IMG/VR virus record: IMGVR_UViG_2806310659_000001
Coordinates: 1-64,000 of that record
DNA length: 64,000 nucleotides
Direction: 5' to 3' (one strand)
Source of the DNA: a virus
Taxonomy: Duplodnaviria > Caudoviricetes
This document shows positions 46,049 through 54,214 of this stretch, piece after piece (the stretch's first letter is position 1; each line of letters starts with the position of its first letter). The notes under the pieces were generated by a model, which was not told the origin of the DNA, did not search any database, and was given only the letters and a program-made list of their open reading frames with translations. Position numbers and translations under genes: made by a program.

Positions 46049-46842
46049 CAGACCGGCCGCAGCTCGGTTGTGTAGAGCATGCGCCTACCCTTGTTCCACT
46101 TGCCGCATGGGCAGAGATAACGCGGGTACTTGTACGAGGTTGTGTACTGGTAACCCCTGCGCTGCATCTCCGACTCGGGACGGCTGCACTGCGTGCAACG
46201 GATCTCGCCATCGCCGGCGGTGTCCTCGTACAGGGCGAAGTTCTCACCAATCCACGGCAGATCGTTCTCGAACAAATCCTCGGTGATCTTCACGTCGTGG
46301 ATGTTGTACTGCTTCATGGTCCGCTGTGCGGCGCGGCGGGTGGCCCGATTGCCGTAACGGATGTCGTCCCAGAGATCCGTGCCGCCGTGCTTGACCTTCT
46401 CGTCATGCAAGACGTGCCGGGCCGACCAGTTCAGGGACTGGCTCATCAGGCCGCGGGAGAAGTTCTTCTTGGAGATCTTCTTCAGGTCGATGCTGCGGTA
46501 GGGTGCCGGCCGGCGCCCCCAGAGGCGGCGGAACTCGGCCTGGAACCATTGCAGATCGAACACGTCGCCATTGAACGTAACGACGAAGTCAGCCTCGTCG
46601 AGCAGATCGAACGCCACTTGGAGCATGGCCTCGTACTGTTCGGGGATGACGTGGTAGTTTTCGTCTTCGTCCCAGGCGGCCTTGAAGATCGTCTTATCCT
46701 CGCCGCGCCACTTTGCGGCGAAGCAGAGAATGCGCGTCGGGACCAGGATTCGGTCCTCGTGAATGTAGTTGGAGAAGCGGTCGAAGACGCCGGCGATACC
46801 TCGCTGAGTCTCGATATCGACGGTGAGTATTTTCGCGGTCAA
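46048..46842 (-). CDS. DnaQ/RNase H-like 3'-5' exonuclease with C-terminal Zn ribbon
   Basis: VDIET, FNGDVFD, YNIHDV (Exo I/II/III); CTQC...CPCG. Confidence 0.85.
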   Translation of the reverse strand: MTAKILTVDIETQRGIAGVFDRFSNYIHEDRILVPTRILCFAAKWRGEDKTIFKAAWDEDENYHVIPEQYEAMLQVAFDLLDEADFVVTFNGDVFDLQWFQAEFRRLWGRRPAPYRSIDLKKISKKNFSRGLMSQSLNWSARHVLHDEKVKHGGTDLWDDIRYGNRATRRAAQRTMKQYNIHDVKITEDLFENDLPWIGENFALYEDTAGDGEIRCTQCSRPESEMQRRGYQYTTSYKYPRYLCPCGKWNKGRRMLYTTELRPV

Positions 46843-46854
46843 ACCGCTGTCCCC

Positions 46855-47373
46855 CTATTCCGGGATGATCTCGGTGAACGGCCCCGACTCGTCGTACTCG
46901 GTAAGGCACTCCCCGGCAAGGGTGCTGCCCCACCGCCAGTGGCCGTCAACATACGTCCAGGTATCACCGTCCGCGTCGATTACCTTGACATCGGTCGGAA
47001 CCTCAAGCATCGACCCCCAAACGCGCGGCTTGCGTTCGCCGGCGTCGTAGAGAAGGGCGAACTTGATATTTCCGGTGTCAAAATTCACACTAGTGAAGTC
47101 GAACTTCTTCGGCTCTGTCGCGATCTCCCCGCCAAGGGCGAGGTAGCCGGCGCCGTCGACCCAACTGTCCACATGGTCCGGAGAGGTGAGTAGTCGGGCG
47201 ACCTTGACCTGGTTCATGCAGAGGGCAACCTGCTCGGGTGTGACCGTGGTGCCCAAGATCGGCTCCCACAGCTTTCCGATGCGGGTGAAATTGTCCCGCA
47301 TGTTGCCGTACGCCTCTTCACGGTCACCGCAAATGAGCGATGCCGCGGTGGTCAGAATCTCGTCCTTCTTCAT
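46855..47373 (-). CDS. DUF6378-like protein with a C-terminal extra module
   Basis: GDREEAYG...NF.RI..LW...KVAR...DSWVDGAGY.ALGGE. Confidence 0.8.
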   Translation of the reverse strand: MKKDEILTTAASLICGDREEAYGNMRDNFTRIGKLWEPILGTTVTPEQVALCMNQVKVARLLTSPDHVDSWVDGAGYLALGGEIATEPKKFDFTSVNFDTGNIKFALLYDAGERKPRVWGSMLEVPTDVKVIDADGDTWTYVDGHWRWGSTLAGECLTEYDESGPFTEIIPE

Positions 47374-47852
47374 GCGTATTCCCCGCAGCCGTTGTGATGG
47401 GTGAAGTAGCGCCAGTGGACCCAGCCCTTCGGGCACCAGAAGCCCCACTCGCGGAGCTTGGGTCCGGTAATGATCAGGGTCCAGACCGGCTTTTCGCGGC
47501 CGGCGACATCGGGCAGGAGTTGTATCCGGTGAGTCCAATCGGCGGACCGATAGGCAATAGACCAGCGACTGCGCCACCGCAGACCGGTCACGCCAGAAGG
47601 GGCGGCCGGGTCGTCTACTGGAACGTGCTCCAGATACTCGCCCTTCAGGATCCAACTGAAGAACCACCAAGGGTGGTCATGCAACGCCCGGTCCTCGTCG
47701 GAGCGGAGGAACTTGTGAAGGTAAATTTTCAGGAGGCGGTTATGCGGGAGCACGAACCAGCGCAGCAGGTAAGGATCGTCTGCCTCGCCAATTACATCAT
47801 GCGGCTCGAACCGCAACCACTTCCGAAACCAATGATGGTTTTCGTTTGCCAC
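47370..47852 (-). CDS. Cupin-like hypothetical protein
   Basis: IYLHKFLRSDEDRALHDHPW...ILKGEY.E...HRIQL...REWGF. Confidence 0.7.
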   Translation of the reverse strand: MANENHHWFRKWLRFEPHDVIGEADDPYLLRWFVLPHNRLLKIYLHKFLRSDEDRALHDHPWWFFSWILKGEYLEHVPVDDPAAPSGVTGLRWRSRWSIAYRSADWTHRIQLLPDVAGREKPVWTLIITGPKLREWGFWCPKGWVHWRYFTHHNGCGEYA

Positions 47853-47873
47853 AAGTTCCCCTTTGTGGACGGA

Positions 47874-48101
47874 TTAAGAGAAGATCGCTTTCCAGAGGCG
47901 CTTACCGATCGGATCGGCCCACCACGGGAGCGAGTTGAGGAGGTGCAATGCAACCCCTGCAATGACCACCCGGGTCAGGATTGGGTGGGTCAATAGCCAT
48001 TCGTCGACAACGACGGAAAGTAGTTGGTCCTCTTCGCACGAGAACTCGTAGGCGATGATGCCCGCGGCCATGATTGCCCAGGCCTGCTTGCCGGTGATCA
48101 C
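47874..48101 (-). CDS. Small membrane protein
   Basis: AW..MAAGIIAYE...LLS..VD...ALHLLN..P.WADP. Confidence 0.7.
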   Translation of the reverse strand: MITGKQAWAIMAAGIIAYEFSCEEDQLLSVVVDEWLLTHPILTRVVIAGVALHLLNSLPWWADPIGKRLWKAIFS

Positions 48102-48295
48102 GAGACCAGCCAAGGGCGCGGGGCTCCGAAGATCAGCTCCCAAAACTCAGGTTCCGGGAGGGCCGTGTCGTCCTTGCGGGAAGCCATGCATACGCGACGG
48201 TCCCTGGTCTTGTCGGGCCACTGCCGGCGCCAGTGCGAGCCCCCCATCCACGATGGGCGTCCAGCTCCGCAGTCGGGGCAGGTTTCGGCGAACAT
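48098..48295 (-). CDS. Small Cys-containing protein
   Basis: ATG after AGGGAG; CPDCG. Confidence 0.55.
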   Translation of the reverse strand: MFAETCPDCGAGRPSWMGGSHWRRQWPDKTRDRRVCMASRKDDTALPEPEFWELIFGAPRPWLVS

Positions 48296-48315
48296 CGGTA
48301 CTCCCTGGATCGGGG

Positions 48316-48571
48316 GTTGCAAGTTGAGGCCGGCCCGTGGCGCGCGAACAGGGGCCGGCCGGGGCGCTTCGACCCGCGGGGAGCGCCCAGCCTGGAAGTT
48401 GGAAGGAGCCTTTTGGTAACCCGGTGACTCACGCAGGGTGGCGGCCACTCGACAGCCTCTCTGGGGCTGTTCGCCTGCACTCATCCGGGACCGCGGAGTT
48501 AAAGGGATAACCCACCACTAGCCGCGGGGTTCGGCGTTTTGTCAGGCGGAGCCGTTCCAAATCAACCGCCC
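48316..48571 (-). ncRNA. Unassigned structured RNA segment downstream of the mini-tmRNA
   Basis: Nested helices CCGCGG/CCGCGG, CCCGG/CCGGG, GUGCAGG/CCUGCGU, ACAGCC/GGCUGU, GGGCGCU/AGCGCCC, GGCCGGCCC/GGGCCGGCC; no credible ORF. Confidence 0.5.
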
Positions 48572-48572
48572 G

Positions 48573-48654
48573 TGGAGATGTTCGGTGCTGCCCCGAAGTC
48601 TTGCCTGGTGCCGCGTGCGGCTTTCGTCAGACAATCGAACCTGGTCGCATCCCC
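48573..48654 (-). ncRNA. Mini-tmRNA: tRNA-like domain only
   Basis: GGGGAUG/CAUCUCC-A acceptor stem (G3-U70, A73); 13-nt stemless D-loop ending UUCGA; helix UUGUCUG/CAGGCAA; GAC linker; T-arm UUCGG-GGCAGCA-CCGAA. Confidence 0.82.
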
Positions 48655-48665
48655 TAGTTTGGAAC

Positions 48666-49436
48666 CGGGCTGAGAATACACCCGTCCACAGTGACCTTTA
48701 CCGGATTATTGGTTCCCGGCTTTTCCACGTCATTCCTGAACGTAGTCACCACGCCCGGTCGGTTACGCCGACCACTCGTTACACCGAAAGCTACTCCGCG
48801 ACGTTTGTTTCACACTGGATTCGCGGGTCCAGCGCTGCACTACTTGTCTACGAACCACCGTCGCCTTGCGGGCTCGTGATGGCCCTGGTTCCGTAACGGC
48901 CAGGGATTAGAGGCGCTTTTGCTCCTCGGCGGGGGAAGAACTTTGGCTTGTTTCTGTTCTCAAAACAGGAAATGGTGAAATATAAGCAATTTCGTTCTAA
49001 CTAGAGACGTGCTTCCCCATGAAGGTCCGCACCCTTTTGAGGTACAGAATGCTTCACGCCTCTCGTGCTTCAGGCTGGCGACCTGTTTCGCACTCTACTC
49101 AGCCGTTCCCGAGCCGTCGCCCGTTACTAAGCGTTTTCATGGAACCCGCCCTTGCCCGCCAAGGCTTGGACTGAGACCCCCTCCGCACCACAAGGAGCTT
49201 GACCGATAGCCGTTTCTTCCCGCACGTACGGGTTGGTGGTCCCACTGGTTCACAGCCCTGGACCCTGGCGTATCTCGCCCCCTGGCAGCCCCCGAAGGAA
49301 CTGCTCAAGGATTGGATTGCATGGGGTACCCTCTCGGGCGGCAAGGTTGTCAGCCTCGCCTTTCAGCATCTTGCGATGCCTTATCCGCCATGCCGGAAAT
49401 GTGCCCGTTCAGTCGGTGGGCTAACCGATGCAATCC
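48666..49436 (-). ncRNA. GOLLD-like large non-coding RNA
   Basis: ~770 nt dense in GNRA/UUCG hairpins; motifs I recall from GOLLD (CUCAAAAGG, GUAACGAGUGG, terminal GUGUAUUCUCAGC); GGGGAAG/CUUCCCC long-range pairing. Confidence 0.8.
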
Positions 49437-49469
49437 TCACTATATGAACCGAAATCCTCGAATAGTGAA
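49437..49469 (-). promoter_or_regulatory. Putative promoter of the ncRNA cluster with overlapping inverted repeat
   Basis: TTCACT, 19 nt, TATAGT on the minus strand; inverted repeat TCACTAT (49437-49443) / ATAGTGA (49462-49468). Confidence 0.5.
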
Positions 49470-49633
49470 CATTGCATACGTTTACAGCTCGTTTGAGGCC
49501 TGTCCCTGCCTCACCCCGTGAGCCACGCGGGGGCCGTCCGTTCTGGACACCCTTCAGGACAATCAGGTGCTCTCTCGGTCACGGCAACCGCCACGTTTTC
49601 TCTGCGCAACGGCGAAACGTGGAAACCGGGTCT

Positions 49634-50002
49634 TTAGGTCTGCATCAGTTCGGTGAGCGATTCCCGCTCGCGCCTGACGCGCTCATACTCTTGCTCAACA
49701 TCCCTCGGCAGTGTTGGCCCCTGCGCGATGACGGGACGGCCCGACCAGACGAGGTTGTCTTTGTGGGGGTCCTTGCCGGCGCGGAACTTGACACGGTATC
49801 CGCGGCACATGGGATGGCCGTAGTAGGCGCGGGCCACAAGGTCGTGGACCATGCAGGTGGATTTACCGATGTCGACCTGGAGTGAGCCATTGGCAGCACG
49901 GCGCAGTTTCTTGAACCGGCGCCGGCGCTCGTCCCATATCCGGCCGTCTGGCGTTGCCCGGTAGCCGGCATAGCCGGGGATGGCGGCTAACTGCTCATCC
50001 AT
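49634..50002 (-). CDS. NUMOD4/HNH-like protein, probably degenerate
   Basis: IPGYAGY.AT.DGRI...VHDLVARAY.G...DNLVW. Confidence 0.65.
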   Translation of the reverse strand: MDEQLAAIPGYAGYRATPDGRIWDERRRRFKKLRRAANGSLQVDIGKSTCMVHDLVARAYYGHPMCRGYRVKFRAGKDPHKDNLVWSGRPVIAQGPTLPRDVEQEYERVRRERESLTELMQT

Positions 50003-50064
50003 ATTCGATTTTGGGTAGCAAGTCTCTACCTTCTAGTTAAGCATGCTTGAGCATTCTCACGGTT

Positions 50065-50700
50065 TCACTCGGAGTCGCCTATCGGCACCACCGCCGGGTA
50101 GCTCGTGTCCTCGTCCACATACCACTCGCCGGCGTCATAGTCGGCGTGGGCAAAGTCGTTCTGCGGCGCCTCCTCCAATGCCTGGAATATGGCGTCGTCC
50201 TCGGAATCGGCCTCAACCTCGACGACAGTTGAACCGACGAACTGGATACATACGCGGTACTTCATTCGCGACCCTTTTCAGTAACGGGACCATGGAACCT
50301 CAAACGGTTCCGTGTCCACCCCTTTGGACGCCCACACGAACACCTGCGTCCGATATAGCCAGCCGGTGTGAACCTCAATGCGCCCCCAGTCGGTTAGCAC
50401 CGCGGCAACGCGCGTTGGCTCGCGTAACCCTTGCCAGGCCTTGCGGGTGACCGTGAACCGCTCCTCGTGCCAGCCGTCCTTGTCGGACCATCTGATTACA
50501 AAAACGTAATCGGTGGGCCAGTCGGCGGGCATACCAGGGACTTTGACCTCGACCTGCCTCACCTCAACTTGGCGAATCGGTGGCCTTTTCACCACGATTT
50601 CCGATAGGTCGGCGTCATCCGGCAGGAAACAGGGCTCCATCTGCTCATACAAATTACAGCGCCACACAGTCCTACCTCCCCGCCCGATAGGCCAGGACAT
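50065..50700 (-). other. Two small hypothetical ORFs (50065-50265, 50278-50700)
   Basis: ORF packing; VEVEADSEDDAI. Confidence 0.55.
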
Positions 50701-51004
50701 CGCCCAGCCGGAATAGCGTCCTGCCGTCTTGCTTGTGCTTTGGGATCAAATCCGGATGCCGGCGTGCCCAGTCGTGAACATTCCAGGGCTGGAGTCCGAA
50801 CTCTTCGGCGATCTCTTTCGCCGACATCAGTCGGTTTACGTCAACCGGCGTTTCCGAACAGACCCAGCCCTGGCCCCAGTCCCGCATGTTGTCGTCGACA
50901 ATCCCGCAGACCGAGGCATCGCACAGCATCAGGTTCTCGCGGTAGAAGTCAATGATTCGACGTAGGCGGTCCTGGGCGCTGTCCTGCGGCCAGGGCCAAG
51001 TCAA
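50672..51004 (-). CDS. Helix-turn-helix DNA-binding protein
   Basis: MSAKEIAEEFGLQPWNVHDWARR...FRLGDV. Confidence 0.7.
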   Translation of the reverse strand: MTWPWPQDSAQDRLRRIIDFYRENLMLCDASVCGIVDDNMRDWGQGWVCSETPVDVNRLMSAKEIAEEFGLQPWNVHDWARRHPDLIPKHKQDGRTLFRLGDVLAYRAGR

Positions 51005-51273
51005 GCCGCCAACACCCGCTGAAACAGCTCGATTACCTCATCCTCGGTGCGGTTGGGCTCACGCTCCCATTCCAGGACGGGCTCACCCAGCTCGTCGGAC
51101 AGGACGTTGAGGGCCTCGATATAGCCGTCGAACGCCTCCAGATTGGTCCATGCCAGCGTGGTCTCAGTGAGGGAGTCGTGGATGCACCACCCCACAGCGT
51201 AGGGGTCGACGATCCACGGCGGGCTCCAGCCGTCCTCCAGAAGGAGCTGGAGCGCCAACCTAACCGATCTCAT
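51001..51273 (-). CDS. Hypothetical protein
   Basis: Coupled ORF; W...P.RT.DEVIELF. Confidence 0.55.
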   Translation of the reverse strand: MRSVRLALQLLLEDGWSPPWIVDPYAVGWCIHDSLTETTLAWTNLEAFDGYIEALNVLSDELGEPVLEWEREPNRTEDEVIELFQRVLAA

Positions 51274-51955
51274 CGACGAATCCGATCTCCAGCGCCTCCG
51301 TGGCGCTCAGCCACCAATCCTTACGGGTCCAGCGCGTCCGGAACTCGTCGGCGGTGATCCTGCCGCCCGAGCGGGCCACGAAGATGTCGGCCACGCCGGC
51401 GCGGACCATCTGAATCCACTCCAGAGTGTCCTCGATCTCCCCTACCTTGCCGCGGGCGCCAGAGGCCGGCTCGTGCACGAGAAGATGGGCATGGCGGCCG
51501 ATCACGCGCCAATCGGCGGCCTGGAGCAGGATCGCGGCCATGCTGGCGGCGTAACCCCGAACCGTCATGGTAACGAAGTGGCTACCACCGCCGCGGGTCG
51601 AGTAGTTGTGGATCTCGTCGAACAAGTGCATCCCCTCCACCGTCGAACCGCCCGGGGAGTTGATGGTGATGTTCATCGGGCAGAACGGGTGCAGGCGGTC
51701 CCAAGCCTGGAGAGTGGTCAGGGCCTGGTAGACGTTGTCGATCCTCACCTCCCCGTAGAAGAGGTGATGGAATTGCAGGTAGTCCTGCGTCGTGGCCAGA
51801 TCCTCGGCGCGGCGACGCTCCGCCAAATAGATCTCCCGGATATCGGCGTCAGCCCTCTTCTCGCGGAGCTGCTCCCGGTAGAGGTCGGCCTCGGCCTCCA
51901 GATTGGCGATCAGCGCGGCCTCGTGGGCGGGGCTGACGGCGAGCTTGTCGTTCAC
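51260..51955 (-). CDS. ClpP-like protease
   Basis: INSPGG, AASMA (Ser), LVHEP (His), DWWLSATEALEIGFVDEI. Confidence 0.9.
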   Translation of the reverse strand: MNDKLAVSPAHEAALIANLEAEADLYREQLREKRADADIREIYLAERRRAEDLATTQDYLQFHHLFYGEVRIDNVYQALTTLQAWDRLHPFCPMNITINSPGGSTVEGMHLFDEIHNYSTRGGGSHFVTMTVRGYAASMAAILLQAADWRVIGRHAHLLVHEPASGARGKVGEIEDTLEWIQMVRAGVADIFVARSGGRITADEFRTRWTRKDWWLSATEALEIGFVDEIG

Positions 51956-52185
51956 TGGTCTCCTAGCAGTTCGAGAATCTTGTTCGCGAGTTCACGGGCG
52001 TCCTCGTCGAGAAGCGTGAACAACGCCTCGTCACCGGCGGGGCCGGCCTGGCGGATACGGGTCACGACAACGTCCGAGTTGAGCAATTCGACATATGGAC
52101 TACCGCCGGGGAAAAACGCCCTTGCATCGACGTGCTCGACCGTGCAGCGGCCGAAGTCGTAGCGAGTGCTCGTGGTGGCGCTCAT
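51952..52185 (-). CDS. Hypothetical protein
   Basis: ATG after GGAG; coupled. Confidence 0.5.
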   Translation of the reverse strand: MSATTSTRYDFGRCTVEHVDARAFFPGGSPYVELLNSDVVVTRIRQAGPAGDEALFTLLDEDARELANKILELLGDQ

Positions 52186-52895
52186 GCTGCACTCTCCTGA
52201 AGGGCGGTTACATCTGCGAGGGTCAGACCGGTTTCGTATTTCCATTGGCGGTACTCGCGCAACTCCGCCGCCATCTTTCGTCGGTCCATCGTTACATGAC
52301 ACTTCCTACACATCGGCATGTAGAACTCGGGATAGAGCGAATACCGCATTAGTGAGCCAGAGCCCGACCCCTTACCAGGCCCCAATATCTCGGCCGGATC
52401 AGTCCCGTCATAAGCCCAGTCCTTAGCGTTTTCCCCGCACTCAATGCACCGGTAGCGGCTTGCAGGTCCCCATAATGTCCGAACCCTGACGTGCGCGGCG
52501 GTGAAGTCGCAAGGACTGGCCAGCGTATTGCGAATGGGCGCGTCAACGGAAAGCGACGTATCTCCGCGTGCGCGAGACCAATGCAATCGGCAATATCCGT
52601 GCGCCTTATGCTTTCGATCGCACCCCTCGATCCGGCATCCGCGATCAGGATCAAAGATCCTAAGCGGGCCGTCGATATCACACCCCTGGCGGAAGCGTTC
52701 GTAGTGGCCACGGCAGTAGCCCCTGACCGTGGACAGGCGGTCACACCCCTTGGCTGTGCACAGCTCGGGATAGTCGGGAACGCGATGTCGCTGGTTCATA
52801 TCAGCTCCGCGGCGCGCCCGCTGGTAATGAGCACTGCAATAGCCGAGCGATCGGACCTTGCGGTCGCACCAGTCCACTTTACAGATACTTGTCAC
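52182..52895 (-). CDS. Zn-finger-repeat HNH-like protein
   Basis: Three C-x4-C-x9-C-x2-H repeats, then CIECG...MCRKCH. Confidence 0.7.
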   Translation of the reverse strand: MTSICKVDWCDRKVRSLGYCSAHYQRARRGADMNQRHRVPDYPELCTAKGCDRLSTVRGYCRGHYERFRQGCDIDGPLRIFDPDRGCRIEGCDRKHKAHGYCRLHWSRARGDTSLSVDAPIRNTLASPCDFTAAHVRVRTLWGPASRYRCIECGENAKDWAYDGTDPAEILGPGKGSGSGSLMRYSLYPEFYMPMCRKCHVTMDRRKMAAELREYRQWKYETGLTLADVTALQESAA

Positions 52896-54214
52896 GCGAC
52901 CGATTCCATGTCCAGCTCGCCCCTGTCGAGCAGCTTCGTTTCGTGTTCGAGGAATACTTGTGACTTGGCCTTTAGCAAGACCGGAACCAGGCCCTCCTGA
53001 CGAATTACCACTCCCTCGTCGACCGTCTTGGGGTCGGATAGGGGAAGCACATCAGGATTGACCTCACCGTACAACTCGGCATAACTCCGGTCCATGAACG
53101 AGTCGACAATGTCGTCCGTGGTGTCACCGGTGGTGTCGTATTCCGGATCGAAGTCATGGATGAAACGGAACAATTCCGGTGTCCACTTCAGCCCGCGCTC
53201 CTGGCAAAACTGCTTAACGCCATCCCACGAGAGGTCGCTTAGGTGACCCTGTCGGTTGATGTGAGCGACGCGATAAACGTATAGTTCCGCTTCGTTCCGA
53301 GCCAAGTGATACGTGTAACCCCTTTGAAGAGGAGCACCGTCAGGCGTCCAGCCGATAAGCTCGCCATAGACAATGAATCCTTCCGGGATTAGGTTGGCAA
53401 CCCTCTTGCCGTATTCGGTCCAGAGGTCGAATTTGTAGAAATGCTCCTGGTTCGGGTTGTTCGGGTCCTTGATAACCTTTCGTGAGCCGAAAACCACGTC
53501 GTACTCCCACTCGGGGATGTTCACGCCGAGGCGCTTGAGCAGCTTCTCATACCACTTCAACTGGCGAAGGACCGGAACCCTCCCGCCACGCCAGGATGTC
53601 CCGTGGAGCTTCTGCGTGATGACCACTTCCCGGCCGGCGCGCAAGACGTGCCTGGAACGGAAGTAACTGTCAGTTTCGAGGTGCTCGGGAAAGACTTTCT
53701 TGTCCACGCGCTTAAACGCCCGCTCCACCTTCGACCTGGCGGGCTGGCCGGCCTTGCGGGGCAGCTCGTACTTCTTGCAGATCTCGTGGTCGCCGATCTT
53801 GTCGAACAGCACCACCGGGTGGCTTACGTCGGCCAGCTCGGCACGCAGCTTGTCGATGTCCAGGCCGGTGTAGGCCAGGGACTCCAGCGGCATGAGGAGT
53901 GCGTTGGAGCGGTGCCCGCGGAGTTTCAGCGCCTTGATGCGGCGGTTGTCCTCCAGGTAACCCGTCTCGCCCTCGTCCTTGTTCAGGTCGGCATGGCGGA
54001 ACAGGTTGTTCTGGTGGGCGTAGTCGTCGCTCAGTTGCGTTTCCGCGGTGAACAGCACGCGGAGTTCCCCGGCCTCAATCCCCCGCTGTGTGAGGGCCTG
54101 GTGACCGAGAATGGGGATGCCGACAAGGTTGTCCAGCCCGGGCAGGTCCACCGGGGCGGGAACACGGACGATGGTGGCCGCGTAGTTGACGTTGGCCGGC
54201 TGGTCGAATTTCAT
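52892..54214 (-). CDS. RNA ligase (Rnl2-like)
   Basis: TQKLHGTS motif I, VYGEL, EGVVIR, LKAKS; N-terminal LKLRGHRS. Confidence 0.85.
   Translation of the reverse strand: MKFDQPANVNYAATIVRVPAPVDLPGLDNLVGIPILGHQALTQRGIEAGELRVLFTAETQLSDDYAHQNNLFRHADLNKDEGETGYLEDNRRIKALKLRGHRSNALLMPLESLAYTGLDIDKLRAELADVSHPVVLFDKIGDHEICKKYELPRKAGQPARSKVERAFKRVDKKVFPEHLETDSYFRSRHVLRAGREVVITQKLHGTSWRGGRVPVLRQLKWYEKLLKRLGVNIPEWEYDVVFGSRKVIKDPNNPNQEHFYKFDLWTEYGKRVANLIPEGFIVYGELIGWTPDGAPLQRGYTYHLARNEAELYVYRVAHINRQGHLSDLSWDGVKQFCQERGLKWTPELFRFIHDFDPEYDTTGDTTDDIVDSFMDRSYAELYGEVNPDVLPLSDPKTVDEGVVIRQEGLVPVLLKAKSQVFLEHETKLLDRGELDMESVA

Noticed and set aside
48420-48490. CGGAUGAG-stem-UGAGUC resembles a hammerhead ribozyme core
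   Set aside because: The invariant CUGANGA and GAAA residues are not matched.
48525-48572. Possible HDV-like (theta) ribozyme directly 3' of the tRNA-like domain
   Set aside because: The loop of the first stem is too short to hold P2/P3/L3 and I found no convincing J4/2; kept only as part of the unassigned RNA.
48573-48654. Canonical tRNA gene or full/permuted tmRNA
   Set aside because: No D-stem or 7-nt anticodon loop; acceptor halves are in normal order with no room for a tag reading frame.
49207-49235. AGCCGTTTCTTCCCGCACGTACGGGTT on the plus strand resembles group II intron domain V
   Set aside because: The two halves do not form the D5 stem, there is no D6 or intron-encoded protein, and it is simply the complement of a GOLLD hairpin.
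48585-49521. Short ORFs called within the ncRNA region
   Set aside because: No RBS, no motifs, atypical composition; the region is better explained by RNA secondary structure.
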